This document shows positions 1 through 11,000 of a stretch of 64,000 bases of DNA, piece after piece. Position 1 is the first letter of the stretch; each line of letters begins with the position of its first letter. Made by a program: the position numbers and the translations under genes. The DNA is taken from assembly GCA_016795285.1 (NCBI GenBank), contig JAEUIC010000029.1:133518-197517 (forward strand), read 5' to 3'. Below the pieces are notes generated by a model. That model searched no databases. It was not told where the DNA came from and saw nothing but the letters and a program-made list of their open reading frames with translations. The stretch comes from Planctomycetota bacterium (GTDB lineage: Bacteria; Planctomycetota; B15-G4; SIAN01).

Positions 1-2525
1 TCACCCGCGGCCTCGCGCTGCTGCGCGCCGAGCTCGATCGACGCAGCGGCGGCGAGCGCGCCCGCTGGCTCGGCGCCGTCGCCTCGCTGGCAACGAGCGG
101 GCCGCCCGCCGCGCTGGCCACCGGACTCTTCGGAGGAGTGCTCGCAGTGAAGAAGCTCGGGATCGCGGCGGCTCTGCTGGCCGTCGCTGGCGCCGCTTGG
201 TGGGTCACGCGTTCGGACGAGCGGAGCGCGCCGCCGACGTCGCACACCACCGCCACCGCGCCAATCGACGCCCCGCCGCTGCCGATCGACGCGCCGATGG
301 CTGCGCGGACCGAGCTGTTGAGCGCGCCGCCTGCGGCTGCCACGCCGCCGCCGCTCGCCGTCGCGTTCGGGTCGCTCCGCGTGCGCGTGCGCTGGGCCGA
401 TGGCCGGCCCGCCGAAGCGATCACCCTCTTCGCTTGTCCCGAAGCGGCCCCGAATGCGCCGCGCGTCGTGCTGGAGCAGAAGAGCGACGCGCAGGGCGAG
501 ACGCGCTTCGCGGAGCTCTTCGCCGGTCCGGTGCGCCTCGAGGCCGATCGCGGCGTCGAGGTGCGGACCGTCATCGCAGCCGGCGCCGAGAGCACGATCG
601 AGCTCGAACTCGTCGCCGGCGTCGCGGTAGAGGGGCGCGTCGTCGACGAAGCGGGCGCGCCGATCGCCGCTGCCGAGCTGCTGCTGATCTCGCCGCGCCG
701 CGACTGGCTCGCCGCGCGCGTCGTGGCGCACAGCGATGAGCGCGGCGAGTTCGCCGCCGACGAACTGCCGATCGGCCACCACCTGACCGCGCGCACGCCC
801 GGCCGCGTCCCCGCCTTCCTGCAGAAGATCGAGGAGGCACCGCGCGACGCGCCGTTGAAGATGCAGTTCGTGCTCGACTGGCGCGGCATCGCCGTGGCGG
901 GGCGCGTGGTCGATCCCGACGGGCGGCCGGTCTCCGGAGCGCGCATCGCGGCGGGGCGCAACGACGGCCAGACCTACGGCTCGCGCGACGGCAGCGTGCA
1001 GCAGCGCTTCGGCATGCCGGTCACGCGCAGCGACGCCGACGGCCGCTTCGAGCTCACCGGCGTCGAGCACGCGGAGCTCTGCCTCGCGGTGATGGCCGAC
1101 GGTTTCCCGCTCCACTTCGAACAGCTCCCCCATTGGGTCGGCGTGACGAGCTTCTGCGAGGTGCAGCTCGCGCGACCGGCCACGCTGGCCGTCGAGGTGC
1201 GCACGCCGGAGGGGGCGCCGGTTCCAGGCGCGACCGTTGTCGTCGTTGCGCTCGGCGAGCGGACCGCCGAGCGGCTGCCCTTCCCGCTGCCACGCGCTTC
1301 GAGCGATGCAGCCGGCGTCGGCACGCTCGACCTGCTGCCACCTGGAGCCCGGACGATCCGCGTCGAACCGCCGATCGGCTCGTCGTTTCACTCCGTCTCG
1401 TTCACGCTTGCCGGCGATCCGGTGACGCCGACGCGCCACCATGTGACCCTCGCGCGTGACGCCGCGATCGTCGGCCGCGCATTCGAATCCGATGGCACGC
1501 CGGCGACGTGGCTGGAGGTGTGGTGGTACTCGGCATCGAGCGGCCGCAGCCACTCCACCGCCGTCGACACCGAAGGCCGCTTTCGCCTCGAACCGGCCGA
1601 CTCGCCGCCCTACCTCCTAGGACTTCGAGATCCCGCGACCGGCAACGTGCTCCTCGAGCGGGGGGACGTCTCGCCGGGCCCGGAGCTAGTCGAACTGCAC
1701 CTGCTGCCGCCCGCCGCGCTAACGGGAGCCTTCCTCGCCAACGACGCCGAACATGGCGACTACGACGCGGCGCGAGCCCACTTTCGGGACAACTCGGCGC
1801 AACCGCATGCCGCCGGCAAGCCGCTTTGCTTCGCCTTCGATCGCGCCTTCCGTCACGGCGCGAACGCCACGTGGAGCGGCGACAACTTCACGTGCGGCGG
1901 ACTGCCACCCGGCACCTATCGCGTCACAATCCGCGACGACCAGACCGTGCTGTGGCAATCGGAGTGGATCGCGCTGGCCGCCGGCGAGACGCGCGACCTC
2001 GGGACGATCCGCTCGACGAAGCGGCGCGCCGAGGAGCCGGGCGACTTGGCGCTCGCCCTGGCTCCCGCGGACGCGCCGAACGTCTCGGTCTCGCTGCGCA
2101 GCGTCGACTACGACGTCACCGGCTTCGTCACCGGCAGCTCCGGGCTCTACGGAGCGATCTCCCTGCCGCCCGGCCCCTGCTTCCTCGACGTGCGCGCGGA
2201 CGGCTACGCGTCGCAGCTCCTGCCGCTCACCATCGTGTCGGGCGAGACGACGGAGCTTTCGGCGACGCTGCAACCTGGCGTCGCGCGCACGCTCTCCTTC
2301 GTCGGCACGTGGGACGAGCTGTCGGTGACGGTGCGCGATGGCGCCGGCCGCTTGGTCGCAGCGCAGCGACTGACGAGCCTCGATCCGAAGGGTCTCCTGC
2401 TGCTGCTGCCCGATGGCCGCTACGAGCTGTCCGCCGTCAGCGAGCGCGGTGCGCGCGCGGAAGGTCGTTTCGCCATCGAGGGGCTCGCCCCGCAGGACGC
2501 GCCGCTGCGCTTCGAGCTGCGCTGA
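1..2525 (+). CDS. C-terminal part of an ECF-sigma-fused membrane protein (5' end lies upstream of the window). It has one transmembrane helix followed by repeated carboxypeptidase-regulatory-like (CarboxypepD_reg/prealbumin-like) domains.
   Basis: The ORF track starts the gene at 138, but the same frame is open from nt 3. The upstream in-frame peptide (TRGLALLRAELDRRSG...VKKLGIAAALLAVAGAAWWVTRSDE) matches the sigma-region-4/TM junction of the two full-length paralogs (compare ...MKKGLVGAVLLVAAGAGALWWSD in 55901..59311). The downstream part shows repeated G-R-V-V-D-x-x-G-x-P...SD-x-x-G-x-F-x-L units. GC3 is high. Confidence 0.6.
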   Translation, partial: TRGLALLRAELDRRSGGERARWLGAVASLATSGPPAALATGLFGGVLAVKKLGIAAALLAVAGAAWWVTRSDERSAPPTSHTTATAPIDAPPLPIDAPMAARTELLSAPPAAATPPPLAVAFGSLRVRVRWADGRPAEAITLFACPEAAPNAPRVVLEQKSDAQGETRFAELFAGPVRLEADRGVEVRTVIAAGAESTIELELVAGVAVEGRVVDEAGAPIAAAELLLISPRRDWLAARVVAHSDERGEFAADELPIGHHLTARTPGRVPAFLQKIEEAPRDAPLKMQFVLDWRGIAVAGRVVDPDGRPVSGARIAAGRNDGQTYGSRDGSVQQRFGMPVTRSDADGRFELTGVEHAELCLAVMADGFPLHFEQLPHWVGVTSFCEVQLARPATLAVEVRTPEGAPVPGATVVVVALGERTAERLPFPLPRASSDAAGVGTLDLLPPGARTIRVEPPIGSSFHSVSFTLAGDPVTPTRHHVTLARDAAIVGRAFESDGTPATWLEVWWYSASSGRSHSTAVDTEGRFRLEPADSPPYLLGLRDPATGNVLLERGDVSPGPELVELHLLPPAALTGAFLANDAEHGDYDAARAHFRDNSAQPHAAGKPLCFAFDRAFRHGANATWSGDNFTCGGLPPGTYRVTIRDDQTVLWQSEWIALAAGETRDLGTIRSTKRRAEEPGDLALALAPADAPNVSVSLRSVDYDVTGFVTGSSGLYGAISLPPGPCFLDVRADGYASQLLPLTIVSGETTELSATLQPGVARTLSFVGTWDELSVTVRDGAGRLVAAQRLTSLDPKGLLLLLPDGRYELSAVSERGARAEGRFAIEGLAPQDAPLRFELR

Positions 2526-2650
2526 CGAAGCGCCGCTCCCCCGCCGCCGCAGCGCCGCAGCGCCGCCGCAGTGCAGCAACACCTCCACCGGCGCACCGCT
2601 AGATTCCGCCGCCGCTCGACCAGACGCCCGGCCCACCGGAATCGCTGCTC

Positions 2651-4930
2651 ATGACGCGCTCGCTTCGCCCTCGCCGCCCCGCTCTCGCGCTCGCGTTCGC
2701 GCGCTTCGCCGCGCTCGCCGCGCACGCCGCGCTCGTCACGCTGTTCGCGCTCGCCACGCTCTTCACTGCCGCGCCGCGCGCGCGCGCGCAGTCGACCGAA
2801 GCGCTGAAGGAGCTGCTCGACGGGGTCGAGACGTTGGCGGCGCCCGGCACGCCGAGCCCGCTCGCGGCGTGGAGCAAGGAGGCGTGGGTCGTGCTGGCCG
2901 GCAGCGGCGGCAAGGGGATCCGCGCGCCCGCCATCGTCGCCGGTCGCGCCGGCAGCGGCCGCTTCGTCGCGCTGCCGCACAACGGCTACTTCGCCGGCGC
3001 CGCGCTGGAGAAGGCGGGCACGGCGCGTTTCCTCGCCAACGCGGTCCGCTTCTGCGCCGGCAGCAAGCGCGAGCCGGTGGTCGCGACGCGCAACGCGGAG
3101 CTCGTCGCGCTGCTCGAGAAGCAGGGCATCGCCGCGCGCGCGCTCGGCAACGCGCCGCTGCTGCAGGAGCTGAAGGGGGTCGACGTCGTGATCGGCCTCT
3201 CGAGCGAGCTCGCGATGGACGACGTCGCGCCGCTCGAGGCGTGGGTGCGCGCCGGCGGCGGGATCATCGCGGGGCAGTGCGCGTGGGGTTGGCTGCAGGT
3301 GTCGGGCAAGGCGTCGCTCGACGAGAACTCGCTGCAGCGCCTGTTCGGGCGGTTCGGCGTGGCGTGGACCGAGGGCTACCTCGGCAAGACGGGCGGCGAC
3401 GGCTTCAACACGGAGCGCGAGCCGCCGCGCCTCACCCACGCCGAGTACGCCTTCGACTACCTCTCGAAACACACCAACCCCGAGGCGGTGAAGAACGACA
3501 CACCGATGTTCCAGGCGTCGGCGACGGTGACCGCGGTCGCGCAGGTGATCCCTCCCGACGACACGCTGCTGCGGCCGCGCCTCGTCTCGGTGGGCGCGAA
3601 GAAGGCGGCGGCGGTGAATCCGACGGCGGAGGCGCCGCTCGGTCGGTTGGCGGGCGGCGATCGGGCGCTGCTGGCGTTCCTGATCCGCGAGTCGGAGCGC
3701 ATCGCTCCCGGCGAAGTGAAGGCGCTCGCGGCGGCGCAGAGCTTCCCGGGCCCCGTGCCGAGCGACGCGCCGCGCACCACGCAGAAGCGGACGCTCGACA
3801 CCGCGCGGCCGCGCTGGCACTCGACCGGCCTCTACGCCGCGCCGGGCGAGCCGATCACGCTGCGCGTCCCGGCCGAGGCCGTCGCGGCCGGACTCGTGCT
3901 GCAAGTGGGCGCTCACACCGACCTGCTCTACGACCAGGAGCAGTGGAAGCGCGTGCCGAAGGCGTTCCTGCGGCGGCCGGTGACGGCGCTCGCGACGACG
4001 ATCGCGACGCCGCTCGGCGGGCTGATCTACGTCGACGTGCCGGAGGGCTGCCCGCTCGGCGCGGTGGAGATCGAGATCAGCGGCGGCGTCAAGGCGCCGT
4101 GGTTCGTGCTCGGGCGCGACGACGACGCGACCTGGGCGGCGACGCTGCGCACGAAGCCGGCGCCGTGGGCCGAGCTCGAGTGCGACCGGATCATCGTGAC
4201 GGTCCCCTCCAGCGCGATCCGCAACCTCGCCGCGCCGAGCGAGCTGATGGAGCTCTGGGCGAAAGGGGCCGACGCGATGGCGACGCTGGTCGGCGTGCCG
4301 CGCGCCCGGAAGAGCCCCGAGCGGTTCGTCGCCGACGTGCAGATCAGCGCCGGCTACATGCACTCGGGCTACCCGATCATGACCCACCTCGACGCGGCGC
4401 CCGCGATGAGCGATCCCGCCGAGCTGAAGAAGGGGCAGTGGGGTCTGTGGCATGAGCTCGGCCACAACCACCAGGAGGGCGACTGGACGTTCGAGGGCAC
4501 CGGCGAGGTGACCAACAACGTGCTGTGCGTCCACGTGCTCGAGACGGTCTTCGGCATCCCGACGCGCAAGGGGCACGATGCGCTCGAGGGGACGGTGGCG
4601 AAGATCCCCGCCTACCTCGCGAGCGGCGCCAATTTCGAAGAGTGGAAGAGCGATCCGTTCCTGGCGCTGCAGATGTACCTGCAGGTGCGCGAGCAGTTCG
4701 GCTGGGAGCCCTACCAGAAGGCGTTCAACGACTACCGGTCGCTGCCGCGCCGCGAGAAGCCGCGCACCGACGAGGCGAAGCGCGACCTCTGGCTGGTGAC
4801 GCTCTCGCGCGCCACCCACCGCAACCTCGGCCCCTTCTTCACCGCTTGGGGCGTCCCCACCTCCGACGCCGCGCGCGCCGCGGTCGCCGATCTGCTGGCG
4901 TGGATGCCGGAGGGGTTCCCGCCGAAGTAG
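2651..4930 (+). CDS. Secreted M60-like (enhancin-like) zinc metallopeptidase family protein
   Basis: N-terminal signal peptide (MTRSLRPRRPALALAFARFAALAAHAALVTLFALA...ARA). HEXXH zinc motif followed by Glu (WHELGHNHQEGDWTFEGTGE), as in the peptidase M60 HEXXHx(8-24)E signature. 759 aa. Family assignment is from motif memory only. Confidence 0.55.
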   Translation: MTRSLRPRRPALALAFARFAALAAHAALVTLFALATLFTAAPRARAQSTEALKELLDGVETLAAPGTPSPLAAWSKEAWVVLAGSGGKGIRAPAIVAGRAGSGRFVALPHNGYFAGAALEKAGTARFLANAVRFCAGSKREPVVATRNAELVALLEKQGIAARALGNAPLLQELKGVDVVIGLSSELAMDDVAPLEAWVRAGGGIIAGQCAWGWLQVSGKASLDENSLQRLFGRFGVAWTEGYLGKTGGDGFNTEREPPRLTHAEYAFDYLSKHTNPEAVKNDTPMFQASATVTAVAQVIPPDDTLLRPRLVSVGAKKAAAVNPTAEAPLGRLAGGDRALLAFLIRESERIAPGEVKALAAAQSFPGPVPSDAPRTTQKRTLDTARPRWHSTGLYAAPGEPITLRVPAEAVAAGLVLQVGAHTDLLYDQEQWKRVPKAFLRRPVTALATTIATPLGGLIYVDVPEGCPLGAVEIEISGGVKAPWFVLGRDDDATWAATLRTKPAPWAELECDRIIVTVPSSAIRNLAAPSELMELWAKGADAMATLVGVPRARKSPERFVADVQISAGYMHSGYPIMTHLDAAPAMSDPAELKKGQWGLWHELGHNHQEGDWTFEGTGEVTNNVLCVHVLETVFGIPTRKGHDALEGTVAKIPAYLASGANFEEWKSDPFLALQMYLQVREQFGWEPYQKAFNDYRSLPRREKPRTDEAKRDLWLVTLSRATHRNLGPFFTAWGVPTSDAARAAVADLLAWMPEGFPPK

Positions 4931-5068
4931 GCGCGCGGTCGACGCCGGGCGCCCCCCGCGCGGCTTCGCTCGCCGGGAACTCGGGTCGGGTAGATCCATC
5001 GAACGGCACGCGCCGCGCGGCGTCTCCACGCCCGCCGCGTCCCCTTCGCTCCCCGCCCGGAACCCGCC

Positions 5069-8000
5069 ATGCGCACGCCGCTCGCCTTCGGTCCCGCCAC
5101 CGCGCTCACCCTCGTCGCGCTCGCCCTCGCGCCGCTCTTCGCCGGGCCGCTGCCGGCCCCGCTCGATCCGCAAGCGGCGCAGGCGCTCGCCGCTGACGCC
5201 TCGCTAGCGAAGGTGGTCGATCGCGAGGGGATCGGTCTGGCGCGCGCCGGCCATTCGCTGCGTTGGCGGACCGCCGAGCCGAACGAGCCGCTCTTCGCCG
5301 GCGAGTGGTTGAAGACCGGCGCGCGCGGCGCCCATGCGCTCGAGCTGCGGACGAAGGGCGGCGCGCGGTTGATCCTCGGGCCGGGCGCGCAGCTCGAGCT
5401 GATCGACGCGGCGACGCTGCGGGTGGCGGCGGGCGAGGTGGAGATCGGCGCCGACGCGACGCAGCCGCTCACCGTGCGCGGGCCGGGCGAGACGGTGCTG
5501 ACGCTCGCCGCGCCGACGGTCGTGCGCGCGACGGAGGGGCGCCTCGAGGCGCTGAAGGCCGAGCCGCCGTGGCTCGCCGGCTTCAAGGCGGGGCAGCCGA
5601 CCGAAGCGCTCGGCTCGCTGCTCGCCACCATCGACGGCCGCGAAGTGCCGCTCACGCTCGGCTACCACAAGGTGACCGTCGACATCCGCGACCAGATCGC
5701 GCGCACCGTCATCGAGGAGAGCTTCGAGAACCACACCAGCACGGTGCTGGAGGGGGTCTTCTACTTCCCGCTGCCGGCCGACGCGTCGATCTCGAGCTTC
5801 GGCATGTGGATCGGCGACGACCTGGTCGAGGCCGACATCGTCGAGAAGGAGCGCGCCCGCGCCATCTACGAGCAGATCCTGCGCGAGAAGCGCGATCCCG
5901 GCCTGCTCGAGTGGACCGGCGGCAACCTCTTCAAGGCGCGCGTCTACCCCATCAGCGGCGAGAAGCGCATCAAGATCGGCTACACGCAGGTCCTGAAGAA
6001 GCGCGACGACACCTTCCGCTACCACTACGCGCTGCAGAGCGAGCTCTTGCGCGCGAACCCGCTGAAGCAGCTCTCGATCGACGTGCACGTGAGCTCCGCC
6101 GAGCCGCTCGCCGCCGTCGCCTCGCCGTCGCACTCCTGCCGCGTCGAGGCGACCGCGCATGCGGCGACCGTCTCCTTCGAGGCGCAGGAGCTCCGCCCCG
6201 ACCGCGACTTCGAGCTGCGCTTGGCCACGGTGCCGGCGGTGAACGGCGGCGCGTGGCGCGGCAGCCCCCACCTCTCCTTCGTCGACGACCAGCGCGGCGA
6301 CGACGGCTACTTCATGGTCCGCTTCACCGCGCCGCCGGCCGAGGTCTGCCCGCCGCCCGACGAGTCGGTGCCGAGCGACTGGCTGCTGCTCTGCGACACG
6401 TCGGGGTCGCTCCGCGGCGCCGCGCGCGAGCGGCAGCTCGAGTTCCTCGAGGCGCTGCTCGCCTCGCTCGGACCGCACGACACGATCCAGGTGGCGACTT
6501 GCGACGTCGCGACCCGCTTCGCCTTCCCGGCGCCGGTTTTCAACGACGAGGCGAACCGCGCGGCGGCGCTGAAGTTCGTCCTGCAGCGCGAGGCGCTCGG
6601 CTGGTCCGACCTCGCGGGCGCGTTCGGCGAGTGCTTCCAAGCGATGCGGAAGGAGACGCAGCTCGTCTACGTGGGCGACGGCATCGCGACGCTCGGTGAC
6701 GCCGATCCGGCGAAGTGCGCCGACGCGATCACCAAGGCGTTCCCCGGTCGGGGCCGCGTCCATGCCGTGGTGCCGGGCAACGCGCAGGAGCCGCTGGTGC
6801 TGCGCGCGATCACGCGGCTTGGCGACGGGTCGCTGCGCGAGATCGGCGGCGGCAGCGACGCGACGCAGGTCGCCGCGGCGCTCATCGCCGATGCCACCGA
6901 CTGGCGCGCGACCGACTTGAAGGTCGCGTTCGACGGCGTGCCGGTCGCTGCCGTCTACCCCGAGACGCTGCCGAGCCTCGCCATGGGCGAGCAGCAGATC
7001 GTGGTCGGCCGCTACGACGCGCGCACCGCGCGGCGCGGCACCGTGCGCGTCACCGGCCGCGGCATGGCGCCGCTCGAGCTGCCGATCGTGCTGGATGACT
7101 TGGGCGAGAAGGGCAGCTTCCTCCCGCGCCTCTGGGCGCGCCACCACATGGACCACCTGCTGGCGCAGCCCGCCAGCAAGGCAACGCGCGAGCAGGTGCT
7201 GGCGCTGTCGGAGGAGTTCCAACTGGTGTCGCCCTACGCGTCGTTCTTGGTCCTCGAGAGCGAAGCGGACCGCGAGCGCTTCCGCGTCCAGAAGCAGACG
7301 CGCATGCGCGACGGCGAGGAGTTCTTCGCCAAGGGGCGCACCGACGGCGACTTCGCGCTCGCGCAAGCGCAGATGGAGAAGGCAGAGCTCTGGCGCGTCG
7401 GGATCCGGCGCGACGTCCTGGCGATGCTGGCGGCGCTCGATCGCGATCTCGTCGAGCGGCTGCGGCCGCAGTCGAACGAGGTGGCGTGGGGCGAGGATCG
7501 CCTCGAGATGGTGACGCGCTCCTTCGCGACAGGGGGCGGCGGCGGTGGCCGCGGCGGGTGGCAGTTCGCTGGCATGCGCGGACTCGATGCGCGCAGCGGC
7601 GCCGCGCAGAAGCCGGGGGCACCGACCGGCGGCGGATGGGACGGCGGGGTCGACAAGCTGAATCGCGTCGCCGCGAACGGCAACGAGCTGCTCGATTTCG
7701 CCGGCGGCGAAGCGGAAGGAGCCGCGAGCGACTCCGATGGCGAGGACGATCTCGGCGGCAGCGACCTCCCGCCCGCCAGCGAGCAGGCGCCCGAACCGGC
7801 GGCGACACCAGCGCCCGGGGAGGCGAGTTTCGATGACGCCACCGCCGGCGGCTTCGCGCTGAAGAGCCGCGCGAGGCGCGCGCAAGCGTCGGCGGCTCGG
7901 CCGATGGGCGGCCTGTCGAAGTTCGGCTACCTCAGCGACCTCGGCGACCTCAGCGGCGAGCGCGACGCCAGCCGCGGCCGCGACGACGGGCGCAGCTGGT

Positions 8001-11000
8001 ACGCGCGCGCGCCGCGTCCGGCGCCGCTCGATCCCTTCACCAGCTGCCTGCCCGGGATCGCGCCGCCGTTGCCGCCGCGCACGCCCGCCTTCGACGGCGA
8101 GGTCGCGGCGCTGCTGGCGACGCTCGACGGGCGCGCGCGGATCGCCGCGCTGGCGGGCGGCATCGAGGTGAGCCTGCGCGGCACGACCACGTCGCGGCGC
8201 GGCACGACGCTCTCGCTCGGCGAGGGGCGCGCGCTGCTGGCGGCCGATGGCTGGTGGAGCGAGCCGCTCCATCGCGCCGGCGACGACGCGACGATCGAGT
8301 GGTGGGACGGCGCGCAACGCGGCGCGTGGAGCCGCGCGTGGCAGCTCGGGCGCGTCCGCGCGACGCGCGCCGGCGACGCCGCGAGCTTCCCGGCGCTCCA
8401 CTCCTGGCTCTTCCCCGACCTCGACGCGCGCTTCCGCGGCCACGCGGTGACGTTCGGGCGCAGCGACGATGGACGCGTCCTGCTGCACCTCATTCCGCCG
8501 GGTGCACGCACGGCGTCGGGCGACGGCAACTTCACCGACGTCCTGATCGATGAGGCGAAGGCGCTGGTCCTCGAGGAGCGCTGGTTCTCCAGCAACGTCC
8601 TCGTCCACGTGGTGCGCGTCGAGGAGAGCCGCGAGGCGGCCGGCCGCTGGTGGCCGACCCGCATCGTCGCCGAGTCGCCGCGCGAGTCGACCCGCGTCGA
8701 GTGGCAGCTCGAGGTGACCGCGCTGGCCGCCGCCGACTTCGCGCCGCGCCTCGCTGCGGCCCTCGCGCCGCGCGCCGCGCTGATCGAGCTGCCGGAGCTC
8801 GACCCGACGCTGCACCCGACGCCGGCCGCCGCGTTGGCCGCCGCGCGCCAAGCCGTCGCCGACGGCAAGGCGGGCCTCCTCGAGCGCTGGCTGCTGCTCT
8901 CCGCCGCGGCCGCGCGCGACGAGCACGACGCGACGCGCGCCGCCTTCGCCGAGGTCGCCGCGCTCTGTGGCGGCAAGCCCGGCCTCGCGCGCCTCGAGCT
9001 GGTGCGCCACCTCGTCGTCCGCGAGCACGAGACGCTGCGCCTGCAGCTGCTCGCGCGCGCCGCGGCCGAGGCGGCCCGCCGCTCGCCGGGCGAAGTGGCG
9101 CGCGCCGAGACGCTCCTCGCGCTGGCGGCGCCGCTCCACGCCGGCGACGAGCAGCTCGCGCTGCTCGACGCGCTGACGCCGCTGTTCGAGCGGCAGCCGG
9201 ACGCGCCATGGGCCCGCTTCGGCCACGCGCGCCAGCGCCTCGCGCAACTGCAGGCGACGCCGCGCAGCGACGAGGCGTACGCCGCCGCGGAGAAGCTGGC
9301 GCGCGACTTCCCGACCGAGGTCGAGGCGCACCTCACCTGGAGCCAGTTCCAGGCGCAGCGCGGCGCCATCGATGCCGCGCTGCGGACGCTGGCCGACGCC
9401 GCTTCGAAGCATGCGCCGTGGAGCAGCGGCGAGCAGCAGCAGCTCGCCGACGCGCGCGTCACGCTGCTCTGGAACGGCTACCGGCTGGAGCAGCTCGTCG
9501 ACGAGACGAAGGCGCTGCTCTCGACCGACGCGGAGCGCGTGCCGCAGCAGCAGCTCGACCGCTACCTGAGCGCGCTGGTGATGCTCGATCGCGAGGCGGC
9601 GTGGTGGAGCACGATCGAGCAGTGGCTCGGCGAGGCGCGCGCGACGGTGCGCGCCGGTCGACGGCTCGGGGAGGGCGAGGAGCGGCGGCTCGCGGCCGCG
9701 GTCCGCCACGCGTTGGGGCAAGGCGAAGGGTGCTGGTGGTGGAATCGGCGGTTCGAGCCGGCCGAGGCGCAGCTGCTGGCCGACACGGGCCGCGAGCTCC
9801 TCGCCGACGAGCGGGCGGGACGCTACGGCGCGCAGCTGCTGCCGGCGCTGGGGGAGACGCTCGAAGGACGCGCGGCCTACGCGGCGCTCTGGAGCGAGCT
9901 GCGCGAGAACGCGGCGACGGCCGCGGCAACGCGCGTCGCGCGCTTCGTCGCGCTGCTGCGGCAGGTGAACTACCAGCCGGCCGGCGAGGAGGCGACGTGG
10001 CAGGCGCTCTTCGCCGCGCTGGCGGCGCGCGCGGCGGCGACCAGCGATGCGAACGAGCGCGCGGCACTCGAGACGCTGCTGCTCGGCTACGCGCAGAACG
10101 CGCTGCAGCTCGACGTGCGGCGCGCTCAGCTGGCGCGCGCGAGCAGCGACGCCGAGCGCGAGGCGGCGGCGGCGGCGCTCTTCGCGGCGCTGCTGCAGGA
10201 GGGGTGGAGCGAGCCGTTCGAGACGGAGCTGCGCGGGCTGATCGAGCAGGTCGGGCCGGGCGCATCCGTGGAGCTCGCGACCGCCGCGACGGAGGCCGCG
10301 AAGGAGGCCGCGCGCGGGCGCCGCTTCGCCCGGATCATCGCGTGGCACGACTTCGTCGATTGGGCCATCGCGGCGCGCGCGAAGGCGGCGGTCGCCGCGC
10401 TGCCCGGCAGCAATGCGCTGCCGCGCAAGAAGCTGCAGTTGGCGCAGGAGGAGCAGACGCGACTGGCCCGCCTCGCGGTCCACGCGCGCCTCACCGCGGA
10501 GCTCGAGCGGGCGCCGGACGGCGAGTTCGCCGACTGGCTGCGGCTCGACCGCGCGTGGCTCGACGTGAAGCTGCGCCGCGACACCGAGCCGGCGCGCCGC
10601 GAACTCCTCGCCCTCTTGGCACGGCGCCTCGATGCGGCCGGCGCGACGCCCATCGAGGAGCTCGAGCGGGACGCGCTGGTGGCGGCGCAGCGAGCGGCGA
10701 CGACGCTGCTCCATCTGCTCGCGACCGCGCCCGAGGCGGCGCGCGCGGAGCAGCAGCGCGAGTGGCTGGCGCTGCGCGATGCGGCGCAGGCGACGAAGGG
10801 CGCGCTGCTCGACTGGCAGGAACTCGACTGGACGCGCCTGGTGGCGCTCGATCGCGGCGACGAGCTGGTGGCGCTGCTCGAGCGGTGGCTCGGCGACGGG
10901 ACGCAGTACGCGTTGCTGCGCTTCGGGGTCGACCTCGCGTGGCTCCATGCGGAGCGCGGCGAACTCGACAAGGCGATCGCGCTGGGTTGGCGGCTGGCGG

